NCBI GenBank assembly: GCA_016618085.1
Contig: JABLTG010000017.1
Span: 124,001 to 172,005, forward strand
From: Neovahlkampfia damariscottae
Taxonomy: Eukaryota
Direction: 5' to 3'
Length of the DNA stretch: 48,005 nt
In this document: positions 38,401-47,744 of the stretch, one piece after another
How the letters are laid out: each line of letters starts with the position of its first letter
Position numbering within the stretch: position 1 is the first letter of the stretch
The notes under the pieces: model-generated
Told to the model about the DNA's origin: nothing
What the model saw: only the letters and a program-made list of their open reading frames with translations
Databases searched by the model: none
Program-made: the position numbers and the translations under genes

Positions 38401-39624
38401 TAATTCTTGTATTTTGAAAGATTTGTTCATCACTCCATTCTGGATTTTCTAATTTTACTAGTTCAGCAACTTGATTATGTTCACGAATGAATAAAGTTTG
38501 AATGAGACATAAACCAAAATGAAGATTAAATCTTGGATGTCCTAAAGCATATAACTTTTCAACAATATCTTCATCACTCCAACCTTTCAAAAATTAATTA
38601 TTTCACATTTTCTAACCTGGTGGAGCATACATTTGAATAATAGATTGTGGACATTCATCATCTGCAATATCTTTCGTTTTGAACGTAATTTTAGGAGGAA
38701 AATCACATTTAATATCACCAACTTTGACTTTTTGAACTTTTAATTTTCCATCTCTTTTCAAACGAAGTGCATTAGTGATTTCTTCATTGGTTCCATAAAG
38801 ATTTGATAAATCAATTCTGTTGAGACCCCATTGTTTTTTAAATTCTGATTCATATAAACTTTCAACGCCAACTATATTGTTTTTTTTTTAAAAAAAATAA
38901 ATAAATACCTTTTGCGTGAATGTCAATTCCAGTTTTGAATGCTTCTTCAATAAACCATTGAGCAAAACAACCAAGAAGATAGTTTGTTGTATTATCAACA
39001 GTGAATTCTTTACGAGTAAATAGTTCTTCTCCTACTTTAACTGAATGTGGAATTTGATTAATAACATGTTCTTTTTGTTTTTTTAAATCATCTGAATCAT
39101 CATCATTGATTTTTAACCTTGGGTAACGTTTTAACCACATGTCAATAATTGATTTCTTTTCTTCTTCTGGAATCTCCAAAGTATATTGTTCATCTGTTTC
39201 TGTCATACTACGAGCGTCTTTAAATTGTTTAAAAAAAAAAAAATTCTTACAAAAAGTTCCGTCAGTGAAACTTGTCCAACTTTTGTAGTTATGAGAGACA
39301 TCATAAATATTTGGTTGCACCACAAATTCTTGACCATTTAAACATAATTCCGCTAAAAAAGCATCTTGAAGTTCTTGAGTAATTTTCCAATCTTTTGTGA
39401 ATGAAAATAAACCTAAAATATCTGAAAAAGTTTGAATACTTTTGTTTGTGAATTCTATTTGAATCCCTTCTTTATTTACTGCTTGCTCTGAAGAATTTTT
39501 AGTTACAGGAATTTTTACTTGAAATAATATGAATAACTTCATCAAAAGCACCATCTATGCCAGCTTCTATGACTTCAATTACATCTTTACCAACAGCACT
39601 AGTGGTAGAGAGAAAACGAGACAT
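35474..39624 (-). CDS. Cyclooxygenase-like heme peroxidase fused to a lipoxygenase with an inserted C2 domain (5 exons, 1338 aa)
   Basis: Introns 39488-39518, 39218-39250, 38872-38908 and 38584-38616 give a 4017-nt frame. COX motifs: YKSWTSF..YAR, FAQWFIEEAFKT, IDLSNLYG..LR..DGKLK, REHN, WSDEQIFQ, EDY, EFNYLYRWH. LOX motifs: W.KDETFAQQFVNG, PLGIQL, WTIAK, HEIVSHNLRTH, HPIYGLLIPH, HTVLHYAQ. C2 motifs: MDWIGKSDPY, TLNPVWNESFEF, KDKDLILDDYMG. Confidence 0.92.
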
Positions 39625-39988
39625 TTTGAAGGATTGATTTGATTGGTTCACATGTCAAAAGAGGTTTTATTGGTTACAGGGAAAATTTCCAAAAACGTAT
39701 CATAAAAATCCTGAAGCAACAACCAATTCTTGAACACAAGATTTATGCGCCAATTATAGAATATTTACATTCATTCTAAAGTTTCTAAGAACAGAAGAAT
39801 TTGATTTTTTTAGAACAAAATTATTTTGAAAAAACGATGATAAAAAAATGGTGGGTGGCAATAATAACTTTGAACTATGAACAATAAAGAAGGTAAAAAG
39901 TAAAAAACTGAAATTCAATTTCAAGATTGACTTTGTCTATTTGTAAAGACAATTATTTTTGGCCTGAACAGTTCTTCAATCACGTGAA

Positions 39989-40762
39989 ATGGAAAAAGAA
40001 ACAAAGAGAGGGAAAGTTAGAGTTGGCACCTGTAAATTTCAAAATAAAAAGAGATTTGATCCAACTTTTAAAAATTATACTCCAATTTTGGTTTTAACAA
40101 AAAATTCAGAATATGGAGAAATTGGACCTTATTGTTTGAAGAATAAAAAAGGACAAGTGATGGAAAATATCTGGCAATTTTCAAAAATTTATGAAAAAAT
40201 ACCAAAAGTTCATCAAAAATTTGAAAAAAACATTGTTTGGGAATTTGAAGAACAAAATCATTTGGATAAAGAAAGAAAATTGAATAAAAAGTATTGGAAA
40301 TGGAGAAATATTGGGATGAATTTTCCTTCTGCGGTCAGGTATCCAGTTGGTATGAAAACTAGGAATGAATGTCTTGGAGCAATTTATAACGAAAATGATC
40401 CATTGAAAAATGATACACCATTTGAATATTCAAACAAGTATTTGGATTATATTGACTCAAGAAAGAAGATATATGCACCAGTTTATATTGAATTGGTCAA
40501 AATGGAAAAAAAATTTAAAGAATTGAAAGAAAGACTGGAAAATGGTGAAAATTTATTGATAATTGAAGTTGATGGACCAAAATCCGAATCATTTGATTAT
40601 TATAAAGAGAAATATAACGTGAGTAATGATTTTATTGAATCAAATACCATTGAAGTTAATAAGGAAAACATGAAAATTATGTTGAATGATTCAAAACATG
40701 CATTTGGTCATGGCTATTGTCTTGGTATTGCTCTTTTGGATGCTGAAGAATGGTTGAAATAA
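39989..40762 (+). CDS. Intronless conserved hypothetical protein (ENIWQFSK motif; resembles giant-virus / DUF6939-like proteins)
   Basis: 257-aa ORF with GPYCLK, MENIWQFSKIY, AVRYPVG, LDYIDSRKKIY.P.Y, LLIIEVDGP and FGHGYCL. Family assignment is from recall only. Confidence 0.55.
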   Translation: MEKETKRGKVRVGTCKFQNKKRFDPTFKNYTPILVLTKNSEYGEIGPYCLKNKKGQVMENIWQFSKIYEKIPKVHQKFEKNIVWEFEEQNHLDKERKLNKKYWKWRNIGMNFPSAVRYPVGMKTRNECLGAIYNENDPLKNDTPFEYSNKYLDYIDSRKKIYAPVYIELVKMEKKFKELKERLENGENLLIIEVDGPKSESFDYYKEKYNVSNDFIESNTIEVNKENMKIMLNDSKHAFGHGYCLGIALLDAEEWLK

Positions 40763-40888
40763 AAGTCATGTTTTTTTTATTTGGTTTTGCGAATAAAATA
40801 AGGAAATTTCTCCGAACTGGCAATCCCAAACTGTTGTTCAAGAATTAATTAATAACCATTGGATAATTCGGATAATAGACCAACCAAA

Positions 40889-41796
40889 ATGAAACTTGCT
40901 GTGATATTGTTCTGTGCAGTTTTCGTCAGTTCAGCCTATTGGGTTCCACCAGTGGCAACACCATGGCAATGGCAACTACAAAATACTATCAAAGAAGTTG
41001 GTGGAGTTCAAATCTATGATATTGATGTTTTTGATAATTCAGCAGCTGTTTTCACAAAAATAAAAAGTTTTCAAGGTGGAAAAGGAAAAATTATTTGTTA
41101 CATTAATGTGGGTGCCTGGGAAAACTGGAGATCAGACAAAAATGATTTTCCTTCTTCAATTCTTGGCAAGGACTATGATGGTTTTCACTATTTTTTTTCT
41201 CACTTTTGTTAACAGGTTGGGCTGGTGAAAAATGGTTAGATATCCGAAATATTACAGCTTTAGGTCCGATTTTAAAGAAAAGATTTCAAATGTGTAAAGA
41301 CAAAGGAGGAGATGCTATTGAACCTGATAATCTTGACTCTTATCAAAATGGATTGAAGAAAACAGGATTTAACATTACAGAAAATGATCAAATTAATTTT
41401 GACAAGTGGTTGGTGAAAGAAGCACATGCATTGGATTTATCAATCGCTCTTAAAAATGATCCAGATCACATTTCACAATTGATTGATCTGTTTGATTTCA
41501 CAATTACAGAAGATTGTTTTGGTCAAAACCCAAAATGGTGTGATCAATTAAAACCATGGATTCAAAAAGGTAAAGCTGTTTTACCGTGTGAATATACTGA
41601 CAAAAATGTAAATTTAACATCATTTTGTGAGTATTGTCAAAAGAATTCTTTTTCAGGGATTTTGAAAAAAAGAAACTTAAAAGAATATTTGGATGTTTGC
41701 TACAATGGCACAAAATCATCAATGTCATCCGGAAATACAATTCAAACCTCGTTCTCCTTGGTATTCTTCCTTTTTATCTTTGTGATAATCCAATAA
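40889..41796 (+). CDS. GH114 endo-alpha-1,4-polygalactosaminidase-like protein, secreted, with a probable GPI/TM anchor (2 exons)
   Basis: Signal peptide, WQWQL, YDIDVFD, ICYINVGAWENWRSD, DG-WAGEKWLDIR (35-nt intron 41181-41215), DAIEPDNLD, LKND, TEDC and CEY. Ser-rich spacer and hydrophobic C-terminal tail. Confidence 0.88.
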
Positions 41797-41856
41797 ATAT
41801 TATTTTTATCAATTTTAAATTATGAATTATGAAATTTCAATCAATAACTTGTTTAT

Positions 41857-43224
41857 TCAGTGAATCAAATTTTCGTAGTATTTTTGATTGTAACGTTTCT
41901 TTATCCATAGACAACAAACAGTTGATAGCAACACAAAAACAATACTTAAAAGTATCAAAAAAATAGCTCCTACGAATCCTGAAACAGCTCCAACAATAAA
42001 AGTATCATAATTTGGAGTCATAAAAAAATCCGGGATGAGCGTTTCAGAACATTCCATTTTACTCAAAACAGATTGCATTTTTGATAAAATTGAAGAATGA
42101 ACTGCCAATGGTTCCTTTAAAGTTGCTCTCACAATGGCATTTCCAGCAGTCGAAAAAATGAAAGTTTTTGCTAGCACATACAACGCAATTTGTTGTGAGC
42201 AATCAGTATCATTGGTCTTTGATCTGTAAATGAAATATGTAACTGAGTTTATTGGATATGACAGGTATCCAGTTGGATTCAAGAAATCAGCTGTGAACCT
42301 TGAATCGAAATTTACACCTATTGAATCAATGGCAGCACTTGTTGTTGTTGTATTTGCCAACACATAGTTTCCATCAGCATTTTGTATTTCAACTGCATAT
42401 TTTGAAACACTGCAACCAGTTGCTTCATCTTGTAAATAAGAAATTGAATAATCAATATTAATCATTTCAGTAGTAACTTTTGAACTTTCAACTTTGAGGA
42501 AATTCGGATCTGAAGCTTCATTTGGCCAAGTTGGATTTGAGGAAACTTCTGTCCAAGATGCATCAAAGTGTTGAAGTCCATTTGTAAAATCTAAAGTGGT
42601 ACCTGAAACACCTTTTCTAACAATTCGACGTATCGGTTGATTTGGAAATATGATAGTTGGATTCAAGGATGTTATTCTGTTATCATTCCAGTGAGTAATT
42701 GTGTTTTCGAAAATTTGTACAAGTGTTTTTTGATTAAGTCTTAAATTTTGTTTTAGGTTTAGCAGCTCTGGAATATTTGAAACAACACTAATAGAACCAA
42801 CCTTAGCATAGGCGTTAAAATGAATGAAGATACCTGGAATGGTAAACTACAGGTCAGTTTGAAATAAATGAACTTACACTTGAAAACTTGGATCATTTAT
42901 ATAATCAGAATCTTGTAACGTTTTTTCACTCATCGCAAATTTATATGTTTCTTTGTTATTTCTTAAATGGTGAATTCCAACACCAGACCTATGTGAAAGA
43001 AATTAAAATACAACAAATTAATACCCAACAGATTCATAAATAAGAGAATACTGAGGATTTAACGAAGCAAATGCAGACTCAGAAAGGGTCATTGCCTTTG
43101 TTTTAGATTGAATGTTCCTTACTTGTTGCACAGCTGTGGATCCAGTTCCTTTCAGTGTCAAAGAAGCAGCCTTAGATATGAAGAGCATGGACATTATTAT
43201 TTGCAAGAAATAACCTCCTTTCAT
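41857..43224 (-). CDS. PstS-like phosphate-binding (PBP type 2) protein with signal peptide and C-terminal TM helix (5 exons, 413 aa)
   Basis: Introns 43096-43122, 42989-43024, 42847-42877 and 42802-42833 give LKGTGST, YESVGSGVG, FAMSE, LPFQVGSISVVSNIP, ITHWNDNRITSLNP, VRKGVSGTTLDFT and YPINSVTY. TM segment FIVGAVSGFVGAIFLILLSIVFVLL. Confidence 0.82.
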
Positions 43225-44086
43225 TTTCTTTTTTATTTTTAAAATAGTCCAATAATGTCGATGTGCCATTTATAGAGATTTTTATTCCAATTTACCTTTT
43301 TGTGGCAATTCAAAATTCCAAAATAATAATTAGAGAAAAGCAGATTTGCCATTTTAGGATGTTGGTTTTTAATTTGGAAAATTATTGTTTCTTCAAATCC
43401 GAAATTGATTCCTATGACTCTAAATTTGATTTAACTTTAACGACATGGATTTGTGTGAAATTCATATTCATATTTGTCACAATTTCTTACAGTTGAATAT
43501 TGATCATTTCTTCAGAGAATGTTGGTCTCTGATTTTTGTCTTTGAATTCATTGAGTTTCTTTTATTATTCACTTTAAATAAGAAAAAAGAAAAAATCAGG
43601 AATCTTTTAAATTATATCTGTTTCGTTTGTGAGTATAAACTATCTCTTGATTTTCCATTTTGCTGTACCTGATCAATCCTTAAAAAATTTGGTTTTTTCG
43701 GAAACTTCTTTTATTTCTGATACTTTTGATTTGAAAAATTTTAAATTTCTTTTATCATGACTACTTGAAAGATTTTTGAATACTCAAATCTAAGAGAAAC
43801 TTAAAAATTTCAAACACTTATTTGACATATTTCCTGAATCCTGAAACGTAATCCTGATTTCTGGTGTTCATACAAACTCAGAAATTTCTCCAACAACTTT
43901 GATATTGAATTTGTGAACTGCAAAATAATCAATGACTTGTTGTTGGTGGCAATTGCTTGTATAGGATTCTTTAACCAATGAAAAATGGATGAAGAGAGAT
44001 CACTGATTTTATAATTTTGTTGATAAATCAATGCGTCATAATTGTCAAAAGATCTCCAAGCCAAAATTTGAAATCAAAATATATAT

Positions 44087-46316
44087 TTAAACAATCAAGA
44101 TACCCAAAATGAAGAGGAATATAATTATCATTGAACATTGAATTTTCAAACATCCAGAATAAGTTTTTGGATTATAAGCATTTCCGAGTGCATAATATGG
44201 AATTCTTTCATCAGGTTTGTATATCATCCAATTTCTATCAAAATCTTCATTTTCCAAATGACCATGATCACCAGCACCCAAATATCCAGTGCTCAAAGTA
44301 CAATCAGCTCTTTTAAAATCACCAACACAATCACATTTACCGTTTGTTGTGTTACAATTTCCATAATTTCCACAATCAATACCTTGACATCTTGGAGTGA
44401 TGGGTGATAATTCACATAAAGGTCCATGATATCCATTGATACAATCACATTGTCCAGTTATTGAATTACATGTTGCAGAATTTTTACATTGAGTTAGAAT
44501 ACATAAATCTTCAGCCCAATCAATTTTGGTACAATTTTTTGTTCCATAAGTTAAATAAACATATGCTCTTGATGCAGGTAAAGTGAAAATATCACTTTTT
44601 CCATTTTCATAAACTCTGAAATAGTATGTTGAACATGTTGTTTTATTTGTTGAATAAGTAAATGAATAAGTTCCCCAAATATTAGTTCCAATGATTAATT
44701 TCATTTCATGTTCAACATGATCAATATAAACTGACATTTTGGTTGCTTGAGCACCTGTCACCGAATAATGCTGAGCAAGGAAAGTGAATGTTGAACCTCC
44801 ATGTTGATTTATTTTGAGCATATGAGTTCCAGTTGAAATTGGTTGATAAGTATCAAAATTGACATTATTATAAGGTTCTTCTCTGAACCATGGATATTTA
44901 CAAGTAGTAGTTCCTTGAAGTAAACCAACTCCTTTTTCTAAATAATTTTCATTTTCTTTAACATTTTTTGATGCAACAGATGGAAACCATCCAAATCCAG
45001 CTGCAGTTCTATAATCATGGTTCAGAATTCCACCACAATGGCCAGAATCTGCAGTGATTAAACTTTCAGGAGATCCAATTCCTTCTGCTTTTACAGATGC
45101 CCAATATGGTCCTGGAAGTCCTCCTTTACTCATTGGTTTATTCCATCTTGTATGAGGAACAGTTTGACAAAAACCATTCACACAACGATCATAATACATT
45201 AAATTGGCTCTATTGAAAAATTTGCACTTTCCAGCTTCTGGTGGCACCAAAAACCAAGGACAATGTTGACTACAAAGGGCGTGGCCACAACAAATTCCTG
45301 GAAAATATGTTAAAAATCAATCGGAATTCCATACCCGAACCACATTCCCATGATTTAAATCTTGCACCCTGTGACATTCTAATTTGAAAATAATAAGGTC
45401 TTGGACTGACAGGATCTGTTTCAAAACATTTTAAACTTTTTGTATTTCCTCTCCATTCAAGAAAACCAGTAGCATTTGACCGAGCTGCATTTGCCATTGT
45501 CATTTGATATCTTTCTTGATATGATGGAATAGAAACAGGATATCCATATTTTCCAGCATGTAAACAATAATTTCTTCCAAAGCAAGTTGGTCTTGGATCA
45601 ATTAAATCGTAATGAACCCATTCTTTGGACCAAACAGTTGGTTTTGACCAAGTATTAGTATCAGTACCAGCAAAATTACTGTCATATCTGACAATATAAA
45701 CATGTCCACTTTGTTGTAAAGTCAACCAAGACATTCTTATTTCTGGTGACGAATCAACTGTGATCAATTTAGAAGCTGTGTTGTCAGATGTTACTTGTAT
45801 ATTTTTAATTTCTCCAAAATCAGGAGCATAAAAAGTTACTTGATGGTGTGAGTATTCTGTTGGATATCCAAAGTTATTTTGAAAAAATAAATAAGGTATG
45901 ATATAATTTGAGCTTCCTGATGTTTGATTCGTTTTTGAACCATAAAATTTGATAACTTTTGTTGATAATGAATTACTTTTTATGCTCATATAAAATTTGA
46001 GTGTATATTGACGACAGTATTTAGTTTCATCATTTTGAAGATTATTTAAACAGTCAGAGTAAGTTGATGACATAACTTTAGCAGTTCCAGGTTTAGTCAT
46101 ATTACAGTACTCTTTAACACATGTATCAACATTAAAGTTTGTTACATTTGTATATAGTTGACAATGAGAAAGGATTAAGTTTTTCTCGTTTTGTGTTTGA
46201 CATTCTTTTGGATAGGTGAACCATTTTCCGTTTCTTTCAGATTTTACCAAGTTGTTACAAGAACTGAGGTGAACATAAAGCAGAAGAGAAGAAAGAAGAA
46301 GGAAAAACTTTGTCAT
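44087..46316 (-). CDS. Secreted/surface protein with a CAP(SCP)-like region, two EGF-like repeats and a hydrophobic C-terminus (2 exons, 730 aa)
   Basis: Signal peptide from ATG 46316. A 37-nt intron at 45298-45334 joins the two ORFs. EGF: CKNSATCNSITGQCDCINGYHGPLC and CGNYGNCNTTNGKCDCVGDFKRADC. CAP-like: PSYQER..NAAR, ARFKS and SGHCGGIL..GFG. Confidence 0.7.
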
Positions 46317-46473
46317 GTTTTTGAGGGTTAAATGGACCAATGAAATGTTTCAATTTTAACAAGAATAACTAATATTTTTTAAGATTCATTAATACAAAGC
46401 AAAACATCTTTCTCAACTTGTATTTGTTTGTAGAGCAATTGTCCAATTAAATTATTTTTCGGAGTTTGGATTG

Positions 46474-47214
46474 ATGGAAGAAGAAAAACCAACATTTGAC
46501 GAAATAGCAAAAGACTATGATGAAATGAGTGGTTCAAACGAGATGAGTCAATGGATTGCTGATTCAATTATTGAATCAAAAGTGTTAACTAAAGAAACAA
46601 AACTTCTTGATTTTGGTTTGAATTTTTTTTTTTTATTTTTAGGTTGTGGAACTGGTAGAGGATCTATGAAATTAATAGAACATGTAGATACCATTGTTGG
46701 TTCCGATGTTTCATCAGAAATGCTAAAGAAATTCAAAGAAAAATTTGATGAAAAGAAATTAAACATTAAACTTATTCACACCAGTAAATTTCCAAAAGAA
46801 CTAATAGATGAAAACTCTACATTTGATGTTATTTTATTTTCACTTGTTTTGCATCATATTGAGGAATATGAAAAAATTTTCACAGAAGTCACAAAATTGC
46901 TCAACAAAAATGGTGTGATTGTCGTTGTAGAATTCAAGAACCATCATCATCATCATCACCACCACCATAGTAAAGATGATGAAGAACATCATCACCACAA
47001 AGGAGATGAAAAATGCGAACATCACCATGAACACAAAGGAAACCACAGTTCAGAAGTTAGTAAAAAGGATATCAAGCACAATTTCACACAAAAATCGATG
47101 TTGGATTTATTTGAAAAAAATAATTTCAAAGTTGTTTCTGAAAAAAATGAAAAATTTCAGTTTGAAGTAATTGGTGAAATGGATGCTTTGATTTTGTTTG
47201 CTCAACAAAAATAA
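46474..47214 (+). CDS. Class I SAM-dependent methyltransferase with a His-rich insertion (2 exons)
   Basis: Removing the 27-nt intron 46616-46642 restores motif I LLDFGCGTG. Also GSDVSSEML, FDVILFSLVLHHI and LLNKNGVIVVVE. Confidence 0.88.
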   Translation: MEEEKPTFDEIAKDYDEMSGSNEMSQWIADSIIESKVLTKETKLLDFGLNFFFLFLGCGTGRGSMKLIEHVDTIVGSDVSSEMLKKFKEKFDEKKLNIKLIHTSKFPKELIDENSTFDVILFSLVLHHIEEYEKIFTEVTKLLNKNGVIVVVEFKNHHHHHHHHHSKDDEEHHHHKGDEKCEHHHEHKGNHSSEVSKKDIKHNFTQKSMLDLFEKNNFKVVSEKNEKFQFEVIGEMDALILFAQQK

Positions 47215-47744
47215 ATAATCAATTTTAAAATTTTTTGTTTCTTGTGTTGACATTCTATTAAATATTAATCGATGCTTCACTTTGTAAAAACAATTTTATT
47301 TGTCATTTTCTTTTTTTCAGATGTTTCAAATAGATTAGCATTTAACAATGAAAAATTTTTAGTTAAGAAATTTAACTTTATAAAAGAAAAAATTTTCAAT
47401 ATTCACTTTTCCAAATAGTTTCCCATATAAACCTCTATCAAAATTTAAAAAAAATAAATGTTCATTTTTGATTTTTTAAAAAATTATTCCAACTTAAAAA
47501 GTGATACTTAATTTAATGTTGTTGAATGAATTAATGGATTTTTGAACTTTAAATAAACATTTAAAAATGTTTTGAATGAAACTAAAACATCTTTAAAATT
47601 GTTTTGTAAAAACTTTAATAATATTGGAACTGAATTGAGAAATCCTGTTAGTTTCAAGATTTTTGTGGTTTCAATTGGATGAACATTTGTTTTTAGTTTT
47701 AAAGAAATTTTAACCTTTGAATTAAAATCAAAATTCATCAATTG

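Noticed and set aside
39933..39952. Short inverted repeat TTGTCT..AGACAA upstream of the virus-like ORF
   Set aside because: A 6-bp stem is expected by chance, and there are no matching element ends or target-site duplication.
43300..44064. Coding-like minus-strand stretch including ORF 43810-44064
   Set aside because: No ATG start, multiple stops and no recognisable motif. It may be a relic but cannot be supported.
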